Virus record (IMG/VR): IMGVR_UViG_3300023179_000019
Reading direction: 5' to 3' (one strand)
DNA: 64,000 nucleotides
DNA from: a virus
Part shown: piece by piece, positions 1 to 10,182 of the stretch
Numbering within the stretch: position 1 is the stretch's first letter
Layout of the letters: every line of letters begins with the position of its first letter
The notes under the pieces: generated by a model
The model's database searches: none
What the model saw: the letters and a program-made list of their open reading frames with translations, nothing else
What the model was told of the DNA's origin: nothing
Made by a program: the position numbers and the translations under genes

Positions 1-690
1 TCAGCATTTTCTATTTTTGACATATCTACCACACCATATAAACAAGTTGCAACTTATTCCAGTTCTTCAATATCACCTATTTTATTTCCTACTGTTATCG
101 TAAACGCAGCCAGATTATACAACGATGCGTATATTTTGGTAGAAATAAATAACAATCCCCAGGTGGCAGATTTTATACATTCAGATTTAGAATATGAAAA
201 CTTGTTAAAAGTATTTACTGGCAATAAAAAACCACAGCAACTATCGGCTGGTTTTGCCAGAGGTATACAAATGGGTTTGAAAATGTCTCCTCAAGTTAAA
301 GCAATTGGTTGTTCCAACCTGAAAACTTTAATTGAAGGTGATAAGTTATTGATTAATGATTTTGAGACTTATTCAGAATTGACTACTTTTGTACAACACA
401 AAACATCGTTTGCAGCTGAAGATGGTGCAAATGATGACATGGCCATGACTTTGGTTTTATTTTCTTGGGCAACTACTCAAAAATACTTTAGAGAAATCGT
501 TAATCATGATTTAAGAAAACAAATTCAATTGGAACATATGAATCAATATGATGAAGAAGTTTTACCAGCTCCCATCATAGAAAATGGTTTAGAAAACGAT
601 TTTATGGTTGAAGGTGGTGATGTTTGGGAAGTTTCTGGATCCAGAGATGTTTACGGACAATACACTAAAGACTTCTTTGAAAAGTTATAA
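1..690 (+). CDS. gp17: terminase large subunit, C-terminal part (5' truncated by window)
   Basis: Frame 1 is open from base 1; nuclease motif AEDGANDDMAM; lies directly upstream of the tail sheath gene as in T4. Confidence 0.95.
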   Translation, partial: SAFSIFDISTTPYKQVATYSSSSISPILFPTVIVNAARLYNDAYILVEINNNPQVADFIHSDLEYENLLKVFTGNKKPQQLSAGFARGIQMGLKMSPQVKAIGCSNLKTLIEGDKLLINDFETYSELTTFVQHKTSFAAEDGANDDMAMTLVLFSWATTQKYFREIVNHDLRKQIQLEHMNQYDEEVLPAPIIENGLENDFMVEGGDVWEVSGSRDVYGQYTKDFFEKL

Positions 691-701
691 AATTCGTGTT
701 A

Positions 702-709
702 CATAAATA
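702..709 (+). promoter_or_regulatory. T4-type late promoter (CATAAATA)
   Basis: One mismatch to TATAAATA; intergenic, upstream of gp18. Confidence 0.6.
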
Positions 710-762
710 TGATTATGGTATTTTAACTGCCAAGAACAAAATAATAATTCAAGGAGAATAAA

Positions 763-2463
763 ATGGCGTTTCAACTCTCTCCAGGCGTAAATGTTTCCGA
801 AATTGACTTAACTACAGTCGTTCCTTCGGTCATTTCTAGTACTGGTGCTTATGCTGGAACATTTAATTGGGGTCCAGCTCAAAAAATTATACAGGTTGAT
901 AGTGAGAAAACGCTATACAACATGTTCACACCAGCTAATCCCGATTCAAATTCCGCAATTTCGTTTTTTACTAGTTCCAGTTTCTTAGCTTACGGCAATG
1001 ATTTACGAATTGTTCGTGCGGTTGGTGCAAATAGTAAGAATTCAGATTCAAATACTTCCGTTACAAACGTACAAGTTGCTAACGAAGATGTGTTTCAAGC
1101 TAGTTACATGTTAACTAACAATGCAAACACATACGGTCCATTCATGGCAAAGTATCCAGGTGCAATAGGAAACTCTTTGAAAGTTTCTTTGTGTGATGAT
1201 CCAACAGCATTTACATCTTGGACATACAAAGGTTATTTCAGTAGTGCTCCAGGAACATCAGAATACGTTTCTAATGCTGGTGGTGGCCAAGATGAATTGC
1301 ACGTAGTTGTTGTAGACGAAGATGGTTTGTTTACAGGCGTTGCCGGAACAGTTTTAGAAACTTATCCTTTCTTATCAAAAGCTAGCGATGCCGTAAATAA
1401 CGGTGCGCCAAGTTACTACAAACAAGCAATTTTTGATAATTCAAATTATATCTATGCAATCGATCCACCAGATTATGCAAATACTTCTTCTACATGGGGT
1501 AACACTGCTGCTGGAACAACTTATGCTAGATTGGCAAGCACTTTCACAACATCATTGGCTGGCGGTACAGATGAAGTTCCAAATGATGCAAAACTCCAAC
1601 AAGCATGGGATTTGTTTGCAAACAAAGAAGCGGTTGAAGTTTCTTTATTGTTAACTGGAAATTACAGCATTGCATTACAACAATATGTAATCGACAACGT
1701 TGCAAACGCACGTAAAGATTGTGTTGCTTTCATTTCACCTCCTTATTCAGCAGTTGTTAATCAAGGTGGCGGAGAAGCAGATAACATTACAACATGGTTA
1801 ACTTCTTTAGCTCGTTCATCTTCATATGTTGTTGCTGATTCTGGTTGGAAATATATGTACGACAAATACAACGCAACATATCGTTGGATTCCATTGAATG
1901 CTGACGTTGCTGGTCTATGTGCATATACCGACACAATTCGCGATCCATGGTGGTCACCAGCTGGTTTCAACCGTGGTAACATCAAGAACGCTATTAAATT
2001 GGCATGGTCACCAAGCAAAACTTATCGTGACACAATTTACAACGCAGGTGTTAATCCTGTTTGTTCTTTCCCAGGAAATGGTATTGTATTATTTGGCGAC
2101 AAAACATTACAAGCAAAACCATCGGCCTTTGACAGAATCAACGTTCGTAGATTGTTTATCACTCTAGAAAAAGCAATTGCTAAAGCTGCACAATACTCAT
2201 TGTTTGAATTTAACGATGATTTCACCCGTGCTCAGTTTGTTGCATTAGTTACTCCTTTCTTACGTGAAGTACAAGGTCGCCGTGGCATCTATGACTTCCG
2301 CGTTGTTTGTGATACAACAAATAACACAGGATTTGTAATTGATAGTAATCAATTCGTTGGTGACATCTATATCAAGCCTGCTCGTTCAATTAACTTCATT
2401 CAATTGAACTTTGTTGCAGTTGGAACTAGTGTTGACTTTACAACAATCGTTGGTCAGTTCTAA
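763..2463 (+). CDS. gp18: tail sheath protein
   Basis: MAFQLSPGVNVSEIDLT start; PWWSPAGFNRG, FDRINVRRLF and IKPARSINFI motifs. Confidence 0.98.
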   Translation: MAFQLSPGVNVSEIDLTTVVPSVISSTGAYAGTFNWGPAQKIIQVDSEKTLYNMFTPANPDSNSAISFFTSSSFLAYGNDLRIVRAVGANSKNSDSNTSVTNVQVANEDVFQASYMLTNNANTYGPFMAKYPGAIGNSLKVSLCDDPTAFTSWTYKGYFSSAPGTSEYVSNAGGGQDELHVVVVDEDGLFTGVAGTVLETYPFLSKASDAVNNGAPSYYKQAIFDNSNYIYAIDPPDYANTSSTWGNTAAGTTYARLASTFTTSLAGGTDEVPNDAKLQQAWDLFANKEAVEVSLLLTGNYSIALQQYVIDNVANARKDCVAFISPPYSAVVNQGGGEADNITTWLTSLARSSSYVVADSGWKYMYDKYNATYRWIPLNADVAGLCAYTDTIRDPWWSPAGFNRGNIKNAIKLAWSPSKTYRDTIYNAGVNPVCSFPGNGIVLFGDKTLQAKPSAFDRINVRRLFITLEKAIAKAAQYSLFEFNDDFTRAQFVALVTPFLREVQGRRGIYDFRVVCDTTNNTGFVIDSNQFVGDIYIKPARSINFIQLNFVAVGTSVDFTTIVGQF

Positions 2464-2491
2464 TAAATAACCACGACAACAGGAGATAACA

Positions 2492-3034
2492 ATGGCATTC
2501 AATGTAACAGAATTTAGAAGTCAAATGGTTGGTGACGGTGCTCGTCCCAACTTATTTCAAGTTACTTTAACCTTCCCAGCAATTGCGGCTAACGGCTCAG
2601 TTGCTGGCCAAAAAGCAACTTTCATGGCCAAAGCCGCACAATTACCGGGTTCAACAGTTGGTACTGTGCCAGTTTATTATTTCGGTCGTGAATTGAAGTT
2701 TGCAGGTAACAGAACTTTCACCGACTGGACATTACAGATCATTAATGATGAAGATTTCGTAATTAGAAATTCTTTAGAGTCATGGATGAACGCAATAAAT
2801 AGTCACAGTAGTAACATAAGAAATAGCGCAGCAGGTACCCCTACAGGTTACACAGTTGACGCATCAGTTTCTCAGTACGGTAAAACTGGTAATATTTTGA
2901 AAACTTACAAATTTATTGGTTTGTTTCCACTCGATATTGCTCCAATTGATTTGGATTGGCAGAGTAATGACACTATTGAAGAATACTCAGCAACTTTTGC
3001 TTATCAATGGTGGGAAGCTGAAACAACTAATTAA
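2492..3034 (+). CDS. gp19: tail tube protein
   Basis: GARPNLF and GRELKFAGNRTF motifs; synteny. Confidence 0.97.
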   Translation: MAFNVTEFRSQMVGDGARPNLFQVTLTFPAIAANGSVAGQKATFMAKAAQLPGSTVGTVPVYYFGRELKFAGNRTFTDWTLQIINDEDFVIRNSLESWMNAINSHSSNIRNSAAGTPTGYTVDASVSQYGKTGNILKTYKFIGLFPLDIAPIDLDWQSNDTIEEYSATFAYQWWEAETTN

Positions 3035-3046
3035 TTATTTTTTACT

Positions 3047-3080
3047 GGGAATACATTTCGTATTCCCTTTATGTTTTTTT
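3047..3080 (+). terminator. intrinsic terminator
   Basis: GGGAATAC-atttc-GTATTCCC followed by a T-rich tract. Confidence 0.7.
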
Positions 3081-3100
3081 GAATTGGAAAATTAAATAAT

Positions 3101-4789
3101 ATGGCAGCTTTAAATAAATTCTCTCTATTTGGATTCGAGATTGCACGGAAAAAATCTGAAGAAGATCAATCCGTGCAACAAACGTTTTCGCCTCCATCAA
3201 ATGATGATGGTGCTTTGCAAATTACATCAGCTGCATATTACGGCACATATGTTGATTTAGACGGTACGGCCAAAAATGAAGTAGAATTAATTTCTCGTTA
3301 CAGAGAAATGGCTATGCAACCAGAAATTGAGTCTGCGATAGATGATATTATGAACGAAGCCATCGTACAAGATGATGATGGCAAGATTATCAATATTGTT
3401 TTGGATGATCTAAAACAAACAGATAAGATTAAAAAAGCAATCAAAGAAGAATTTAATGTAGTTCTTAGATTGTTGAACTATAACAACATGGCACATGATA
3501 TCTTCCGTAGATATTATATTGATGGCAGATTATTCTATCATATCATTATCGATAGAGAAAACCCCACTCAGGGTATTAAAGAATTAAGATATATCGATCC
3601 ACGCAAAATACGTAAAGTGCGTGAGATGAAAAAGAAAAAAGATGAACGAACTGGTGTAGAAATGATGGATGTGGTAAATGAATACTACATCTACAACGAT
3701 AAAGTTGTTACAGGCAGTTCGTCAAATTATGGTCCTGTTGGTGTTCGTATCACTACAGATTCTATCATATCAGTTGTTTCTGGTTTGATGGACTCACGTA
3801 GAGCAGTTGTACTATCATACTTACACAAAGCAATTAAACCATTGAATCAATTACGTATGATTGAAGATGCAACTGTTATCTACCGTATCAGTCGTGCGCC
3901 AGAAAGACGTATTTTTTATATTGACGTAGGTAATTTGCCAAAATTAAAGGCTGAACAGTACCTACGTGATATTATGGTCAAGTATAAAAACAAACTTGTG
4001 TATGATGCAAACACAGGTGAAGTTCGTGATGACCGCAAATTCTTATCCATGATGGAAGACTTTTGGTTACCACGTAGAGAAGGCGGCAAAGGAACAGAAA
4101 TTACTACATTACCAGGTGGTCAAAACTTAGGTGAATTAGAAGATGTTAAGTATTTCCAAAAGAAACTTTATGGTTCTTTGAATGTTCCAATATCACGTTT
4201 AGAACCAGGTGAAGGATTCTCTTTAGGTCGTAGTACTGAAGTTACTAGAGATGAGTTAAAATTTTCTAAGTTTGTAGATAGAATTAGAAATCGTTTTTCA
4301 GATTTATTTGACCAAGCTTTACGTGTACAATGCGTATTAAAAGGCATTTGTACAAATGATGAATTTGAAGAATTTAAAGAATACATTCATTATGACTTTA
4401 TGAAGGACAACAACTTCAGCGAACTAAAAGAAGCAGAGTTGATGACCAATCGTTTAAGTTTGTTGGGTGCAGTTGATCCATATACAGGACGTTATTTCTC
4501 GCAAAAATGGATTCAACAAAACGTTCTAAGATTAACGGACGATGATATTGAAGAAATGCAGAAACAAATTGAACAAGAGAAAAAAGAAGGTTTAGGATTG
4601 CCGGTTTCTGTTACGAACGATGTTGCACAACAACAAATGATGAGTCAAGTACCAGGACAACCTCAGAATCCATCAGATCAACAACATCAGGCAGATATGC
4701 AACAAGCTCAGTTAGATCAGCAAAAAGATGCACAAAAGAAGGAAGAAAGAACTTCTGACGTATTCACAAAATTGAAACAAATTTTATAA
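3101..4789 (+). CDS. gp20: portal vertex protein
   Basis: YRISRAPERRIFYIDVGNLP and EDFWLPRREGGKGTEI motifs. Confidence 0.98.
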   Translation: MAALNKFSLFGFEIARKKSEEDQSVQQTFSPPSNDDGALQITSAAYYGTYVDLDGTAKNEVELISRYREMAMQPEIESAIDDIMNEAIVQDDDGKIINIVLDDLKQTDKIKKAIKEEFNVVLRLLNYNNMAHDIFRRYYIDGRLFYHIIIDRENPTQGIKELRYIDPRKIRKVREMKKKKDERTGVEMMDVVNEYYIYNDKVVTGSSSNYGPVGVRITTDSIISVVSGLMDSRRAVVLSYLHKAIKPLNQLRMIEDATVIYRISRAPERRIFYIDVGNLPKLKAEQYLRDIMVKYKNKLVYDANTGEVRDDRKFLSMMEDFWLPRREGGKGTEITTLPGGQNLGELEDVKYFQKKLYGSLNVPISRLEPGEGFSLGRSTEVTRDELKFSKFVDRIRNRFSDLFDQALRVQCVLKGICTNDEFEEFKEYIHYDFMKDNNFSELKEAELMTNRLSLLGAVDPYTGRYFSQKWIQQNVLRLTDDDIEEMQKQIEQEKKEGLGLPVSVTNDVAQQQMMSQVPGQPQNPSDQQHQADMQQAQLDQQKDAQKKEERTSDVFTKLKQIL

Positions 4790-4792
4790 ATA
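4785..4792 (+). promoter_or_regulatory. T4-type late promoter TATAAATA
   Basis: Exact consensus at the end of gp20. Confidence 0.75.
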
Positions 4793-4813
4793 TTTGAATT
4801 GGAGATAAAAAAA

Positions 4814-4993
4814 ATGAACGAAACCACAAAAGCTATTATTGATTATGCGTTTGAAGATGATGCCAAACAGATGCGAGATGCTCTGTATTCTGATATTCAA
4901 GATAGGGTTATGGCTCACCTTGATGCAAAAAAACAAGAGATTGCTAGAAATTTAATTGCGCCAGTTCCAGTAGAAGATAATACAGAGGAATAA
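4814..4993 (+). CDS. small prohead core protein (gp67-like)
   Basis: Small acidic helical ORF directly after portal; SD GGAG at 4801. Confidence 0.6.
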   Translation: MNETTKAIIDYAFEDDAKQMRDALYSDIQDRVMAHLDAKKQEIARNLIAPVPVEDNTEE

Positions 4994-4994
4994 G

Positions 4995-5228
4995 TTGAAA
5001 TCTTTTAAAGAGTTTATTTCTGAAAGTCGTTCAGCGAAACCTAAAGTTCCGCAGGATCCTCCTGCCGTTTTACTTATGAAACGTAAAGCAATTAGAATGT
5101 TTCCAAATGGCCAAAGAGTAGCACTTTACTATGTGGATAAAATTAATAAATACGTAACAGTACCTTACGAAGCTATGCATTGGTCTAGCTCTGTACCGAA
5201 CGAATTCAAGAATATTACATTAGGATAA
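4995..5228 (+). CDS. hypothetical head-associated protein with capsid-targeting-like N-terminus
   Basis: Starts MKSFKEFISE; lies between gp20 and gp21. Confidence 0.6.
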   Translation: MKSFKEFISESRSAKPKVPQDPPAVLLMKRKAIRMFPNGQRVALYYVDKINKYVTVPYEAMHWSSSVPNEFKNITLG

Positions 5229-5231
5229 AAA

Positions 5232-5777
5232 ATGGCAAATTCATTTACATTTCAGCTTATTAAAGATACAACAGAACATACGGTTATTAAATTAACTGGA
5301 TCTTTTGATGGAACAGGCCAAGAAAGCAATACCGCAAGAATTCAAGCCAGTACCCTATATGGTGCTTTGGATGCAAATAACGTGCCATTGCGTTCTGCTT
5401 TAAGTGTTAGTAATACCGCAAAGCCTTACTATGGACTATCACTAAATCGTTTGTGGTACGACTGTGCAGCTGGCGGTGACGTTCAGTTATTTTGGAGAGC
5501 AAATACTAACGTTCCGTTGATCATCATGAATGGTAACGGTGAATTCGATGGTATGGGCAACTGGACAACAATACCAAACAATTCTGCTGGCAATCCAGGT
5601 TCTACTGGAGATATTGGTATCGTAACTAGAGGTATGGCTGCAAACGACAGTTACACAATGGTTGTTGAATTGCGTAAAGATAATGCTTACTATCAGCGTG
5701 GTCAATTTAATGATCCCCAAGCATTCAACTACCCACCATATTCTATCACTCCAACTCCTGATAATCCAGGCCATTAA
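5232..5777 (+). CDS. hypothetical virion protein
   Basis: Beta-rich ORF with SD inside the head operon. Confidence 0.6.
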   Translation: MANSFTFQLIKDTTEHTVIKLTGSFDGTGQESNTARIQASTLYGALDANNVPLRSALSVSNTAKPYYGLSLNRLWYDCAAGGDVQLFWRANTNVPLIIMNGNGEFDGMGNWTTIPNNSAGNPGSTGDIGIVTRGMAANDSYTMVVELRKDNAYYQRGQFNDPQAFNYPPYSITPTPDNPGH

Positions 5778-5797
5778 AAGAAAGTAGATGGAAAACA

Positions 5798-6442
5798 ATG
5801 AAACTTATTAAAGAAGTTTTCGAAACAATTAACTATCTTGTCGAAGAAAAAGACGGCAAGAAAAATCTATACATTGAAGGACCATTTCTACAAACAGAAG
5901 TGGTTAACCGTAATGGCCGAAAGTATCTCAAAGAAACTATGGCCAAAGAAGTGCAGAGATACACAGAAGAATATATTAATAAAAACCGTGCCTTTGGTGA
6001 ATTAGGACATCCTGATACACCATCAATCAATCTTGATAGAGTCTGTATGTTAACTACAGATTTACGCCAAGAAGGCAATGATTGGATAGGCAAAGCAAAA
6101 ATTCTTGAAACCCCTATGGGTAACATTGTCAAAAGCTTACTTGACGGAGGCGCACAAGTTGGTGTGTCATCCCGTGGATTAGGTTCTTTGAAATCTGTTA
6201 ACGGTATCAATGTTGTTCAGGATGATTTTCGTCTGGCCACAGCGGCAGATATTGTAGCTGATCCTTCTGCACCCAATGCATTTGTACAGGGTATTATGGA
6301 AGGTAAAGAATGGATGTTAGTAAATGGTGTTTGGACTGAACAGGACTACACTCAAGCTAAGACACAAATTCGCCAAGCTACTCAGAGAGAGATCGAAGAA
6401 GTGAGTCTACGCATATTCGAAAACTTCCTCAAAAAACTTTAA
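5798..6442 (+). CDS. gp21: prohead core protease
   Basis: GELGHP, GVSSRGLGS and DIVADPSAP motifs. Confidence 0.97.
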   Translation: MKLIKEVFETINYLVEEKDGKKNLYIEGPFLQTEVVNRNGRKYLKETMAKEVQRYTEEYINKNRAFGELGHPDTPSINLDRVCMLTTDLRQEGNDWIGKAKILETPMGNIVKSLLDGGAQVGVSSRGLGSLKSVNGINVVQDDFRLATAADIVADPSAPNAFVQGIMEGKEWMLVNGVWTEQDYTQAKTQIRQATQREIEEVSLRIFENFLKKL

Positions 6443-6443
6443 A

Positions 6444-6451
6444 TATAAATA
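6444..6451 (+). promoter_or_regulatory. T4-type late promoter TATAAATA
   Basis: Exact consensus upstream of gp22. Confidence 0.85.
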
Positions 6452-6479
6452 TCCAATATAAATCAAGGAGATTTCCAAA

Positions 6480-7667
6480 ATGGCAAAATTTAATCTGTCC
6501 GAAGCCGCTAAAGACATCCTTTCAGGAAACGTTTCTGCTAAGCAGAGTGGTCAAGATAAACCATCCAAGTTGTCTGGCGATGTTGCATACGGTACTAAAG
6601 AAGTTGGTGACATTGGCACACAAGTAACTAAAACTACCGATTCTGGTCCTGACGCACACAAAGGTGCACCAACAGCAACACCTCCTGGTGCAAAACCACC
6701 TGTTGGTTCTGAACCAATGAAAAAATTAAAAGGTCAGCCAGCCGAACAAGGTTCTGTTGAAGAACCAGAAGGCAAGCCAATGAAGCAAACTATGTCTATG
6801 AATAAAGGCGCCACTTTTCAGCAGTACGAAGAAACTGAAGAAGATGATGAAGTTTTTGCTGAAGAAAAAGAAGGCCATGAAGATGCTGCTGAAGATAAAG
6901 CAATGATCAGAAAAGAACTCAAGAAAGAAAAAATGAAAGAAAAAATGAAAGAAGATGTTGATGCACTTCTTTCTGGTGAAAATCTTTCTGAAGAATTTAA
7001 AACTAAAGCAACAACTATTTTTGAAGCTGCCGTTATTGCTCGTGCAGAAGAAATTATTTCTGAAGCTGAAGAAACTTTAACAGAACAATTTGAAGAAGCC
7101 ATTGAACAAGTTAAAGAAGAATTAACTTCTAAAGTTGATGACTATCTTAACTACATGGTTGAAGAATGGGTTAAAGAAAACGAACTTGCAATCGAAAAAG
7201 GTTTACGTGCCGAAATCGTTGAAGATTTTATTTTCGGTTTAAAAGGTTTATTCGAAGAACACTACATCGACATTCCAGAAGATAAAGTTAATGTCGTTGA
7301 AGAACTAACAAACAAAGTTTCTGAGTTGGAAGACACACTTAATGAGCAAATTAAAGTTGCAGTTGAGATGAAAAAAGAACTCAATGAACATAAGAAATTA
7401 GAGGCTATACATACAGCATGTGAAGGCCTAACTCAAACCCAAGTAGAAAAAATGAAATCACTCGCAGAGGGTGTGGACTTTACTACGGAAGGCGATTTTA
7501 TGGAAAAACTTGACATCTTAAAAGAATCATATTTTAAAACAGATGTTAAAGTTGCACAAAATTCATCTTTTGAAGAAGTTTTAGTTGAAGAAGAAAAGAA
7601 GGCTGTTAAATCTTTTGATGCTTCAATGGAAATTTACGCAAAGACAATATCACAAACTTTGAAATAA
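6480..7667 (+). CDS. gp22: prohead core scaffold protein
   Basis: Acidic coiled coil; LSEEFKTKATTIFEAA and VDDYLNY motifs; synteny. Confidence 0.95.
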   Translation: MAKFNLSEAAKDILSGNVSAKQSGQDKPSKLSGDVAYGTKEVGDIGTQVTKTTDSGPDAHKGAPTATPPGAKPPVGSEPMKKLKGQPAEQGSVEEPEGKPMKQTMSMNKGATFQQYEETEEDDEVFAEEKEGHEDAAEDKAMIRKELKKEKMKEKMKEDVDALLSGENLSEEFKTKATTIFEAAVIARAEEIISEAEETLTEQFEEAIEQVKEELTSKVDDYLNYMVEEWVKENELAIEKGLRAEIVEDFIFGLKGLFEEHYIDIPEDKVNVVEELTNKVSELEDTLNEQIKVAVEMKKELNEHKKLEAIHTACEGLTQTQVEKMKSLAEGVDFTTEGDFMEKLDILKESYFKTDVKVAQNSSFEEVLVEEEKKAVKSFDASMEIYAKTISQTLK

Positions 7668-7674
7668 TAAAAAA

Positions 7675-7682
7675 TATAAATA
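7675..7682 (+). promoter_or_regulatory. T4-type late promoter TATAAATA
   Basis: Exact consensus upstream of gp23. Confidence 0.85.
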
Positions 7683-7717
7683 TTATTTCATAAAAGATAC
7701 TAAACAAGGAGAACTAT

Positions 7718-9043
7718 ATGTATCTAACCGAAGAACTACAAAAGAAATGGGCTCCAGTTTTGGAACATCCAGAACTTGAATCTATCAAAGACCCATACAA
7801 GAAAGCTGTTACAGCACTTGTTTTGGAAAACCAACAACAAGCTATGGCTCAAGATCGTCAACAATTGAACGAAACTATTGATGGCCCAACCAACGTTACT
7901 GGTTCTGCTGTTGCTAATTTCGATCCAATTTTGATCTCTTTAGTTCGCCGTGCATTACCTAATCTTATCGCTTATGACGTTGCTGGCGTTCAGCCAATGA
8001 CTGGTCCTACCGGTTTGATTTTCGCAATGCGTGCTCGTTACACCAACCAAGGTGGTACAGAAGCCTTCTACAACGAAGCAAACACAGCATTCTCTGGTGT
8101 TACTTCTGTTGCTAACCCATACGGTTTCCGTGGTACTGCTGTAACTGACGTTGGCACAAACCCTGTTGCTGACTTGAGTGCTAACGCATACACAACTGGT
8201 ATCGCTCGTACTACTGCTACTGCTGAATTCTTAGGTTCAGATAGCAACGCAATTTTCCAACAAATGGCATTCTCTATTGAGAAAGTTACTGTAACTGCTC
8301 AAAGCCGTGCGTTGAAAGCTGAATACTCTCTAGAACTTGCACAAGACTTGAAAGCAATTCACGGTCTTGATGCTGAAACAGAATTGTCTAACATTCTGTC
8401 TACAGAGATTCTTTCCGAAATCAACCGTGAAGTTATTCGTACAATCTACACTACTGCTGTAGTTGGTGCTCAGTATGGTACAACTACCGCTGGTTATTTC
8501 GACTTAGACACCGACTCTAACGGTCGTTGGTCTGTTGAACGTTTCAAAGGTTTGATTTTCCAAATCGAACGTGATGCAAACGTAATCGCTAAGCAAACCC
8601 GTCGTGGTAAAGGTAACGTATTGATTGTTTCTTCAGACGTTGCTTCCGCTATGGCAATGGCTGGTGTATTACAATATACTCCTGCTCTACAAGCTGATCT
8701 ACAAGTTGACGACACAGGCAATACATTTGCTGGTTTGTTACACGGTCGTATCAAAGTTTACATCGATCCATATTTTGGTGGTTACACATCTAACCAAGAA
8801 TTGGTAACTGTAGGCTACAAAGGTTCATCACCATACGATGCTGGTTTGTTCTACTGCCCATACGTACCACTACAGATGGTTCGTGCAGTTGACCAATTCA
8901 CATTCCAACCAAAGATTGGTTTCAAGACTCGTTACGGCATGGTTGCAAACCCATTCGCTGAGGGTGCTGGTGTTGGTTTAGGTCAATTGAACGCACGTAC
9001 TAACAAGTACTATCGTATTTTTGGCGTTAAGAACTTGATGTAA
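7718..9043 (+). CDS. gp23: major capsid protein
   Basis: GVQPMTGPTGLIFAMR, ELAQDLKAIHGLDAE and FQPKIGFKTRYG motifs. Confidence 0.99.
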   Translation: MYLTEELQKKWAPVLEHPELESIKDPYKKAVTALVLENQQQAMAQDRQQLNETIDGPTNVTGSAVANFDPILISLVRRALPNLIAYDVAGVQPMTGPTGLIFAMRARYTNQGGTEAFYNEANTAFSGVTSVANPYGFRGTAVTDVGTNPVADLSANAYTTGIARTTATAEFLGSDSNAIFQQMAFSIEKVTVTAQSRALKAEYSLELAQDLKAIHGLDAETELSNILSTEILSEINREVIRTIYTTAVVGAQYGTTTAGYFDLDTDSNGRWSVERFKGLIFQIERDANVIAKQTRRGKGNVLIVSSDVASAMAMAGVLQYTPALQADLQVDDTGNTFAGLLHGRIKVYIDPYFGGYTSNQELVTVGYKGSSPYDAGLFYCPYVPLQMVRAVDQFTFQPKIGFKTRYGMVANPFAEGAGVGLGQLNARTNKYYRIFGVKNLM

Positions 9044-9073
9044 TCAAGAAGTTCCCGTTAAGAGGAACATTTT

Positions 9074-9105
9074 AAAGACCACCTTTAAAAGGTGGTCTTT
9101 TTTTT
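9074..9105 (+). terminator. intrinsic terminator after gp23
   Basis: AAAGACCACC-tttaaaa-GGTGGTCTTT followed by poly-T. Confidence 0.9.
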
Positions 9106-9148
9106 GGCTCCTAAATACACATATGAAACTAACTAAGATTAATCATAA

Positions 9149-9679
9149 ATGACAGCACTCACTAGAGCACCTCAAAACACAAACTTGTTACAAGCTACCA
9201 AGTTTTTAATGACGTTTAGTAGAATACCAACGACAACATATTTTTGTCAAACTGTTAATTTGCCAGGTATCTCTGTTGGACAAGCACAAATATCATTTCC
9301 ATCTATTACTGCATATAGTCCAGGTAATCAAATATCTTATAACAATTTCAATATTTCATTTACTATCGATGAAGAATTGTTATCTTGGAGAGAAATTCAT
9401 AAATGGATGCTTTCTTTTGCTTCACCAAAAGGTACAGATGAAAGAAATAGATTAACGGCACAACAAAATCAAAACACTTTGAACAGTACCAATCTAAAAC
9501 AATATTCTGATGGTACTTTGACTATTTTAAATGCTTTGAATAATCCGGTATCAAGAATACAATTTTACAATATGTTTCCATCTTCTCTTTCCGATTTGAA
9601 TTTCGATACCAAATTATCGGCAGATGATATTATTACTGGCGATGCCACTTTTTATTTTGAAAGTTACGACTTTATCTAA
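9149..9679 (+). CDS. gp3: tail completion/sheath stabilizer protein
   Basis: YFCQTVNLPG, F.IDEEL..W.EI..W and FP.SLS.L.F motifs. Confidence 0.85.
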   Translation: MTALTRAPQNTNLLQATKFLMTFSRIPTTTYFCQTVNLPGISVGQAQISFPSITAYSPGNQISYNNFNISFTIDEELLSWREIHKWMLSFASPKGTDERNRLTAQQNQNTLNSTNLKQYSDGTLTILNALNNPVSRIQFYNMFPSSLSDLNFDTKLSADDIITGDATFYFESYDFI

Positions 9680-9747
9680 CATTAGGCTTGCATTTTAACA
9701 TTGGTTATGTTAGTATGTTAAATTGGTGTTAGACTATTGAATATATT

Positions 9748-10182
9748 ATGGAAAACTTAGAACAAGTATTAAAAAATTGGGAACGTGATGCAGAGATTGA
9801 CCAGACCGAACCTGGCAAAGAACTCATCAAAATACCCACATTACACAACAAATACCTCTCTATTCTCACAAAGCACAAGATTGCCTCAAAGAAGGCACAT
9901 TTTGATTATCTCCGTATGCGGAAGATTAAGTGGGAATATTACACAGGTAAAATGTCCCAAGAAGAACTAGAACAGTACGGTTGGGAACCTTTTCAATTCA
10001 CACTCAAATCTGATATTACCACTTATTTGGAAGCAGACTCCGATTTAATTAAATTATTGGAGAAAAAAGTTTACCATGAAGAAGTTGTATCAGTAATTGA
10101 ATCCATCATGCAAGAACTGAAATCAAGAACTTTCCAGTTGCGTGACTTTATTAGCTGGGAGAAATTCATAGGTGGACAGTAA
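9748..10182 (+). CDS. uvsY: recombination mediator UvsY
   Basis: IPTLHNKYL and KWEYYTGK motifs; precedes uvsW. Confidence 0.92.
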   Translation: MENLEQVLKNWERDAEIDQTEPGKELIKIPTLHNKYLSILTKHKIASKKAHFDYLRMRKIKWEYYTGKMSQEELEQYGWEPFQFTLKSDITTYLEADSDLIKLLEKKVYHEEVVSVIESIMQELKSRTFQLRDFISWEKFIGGQ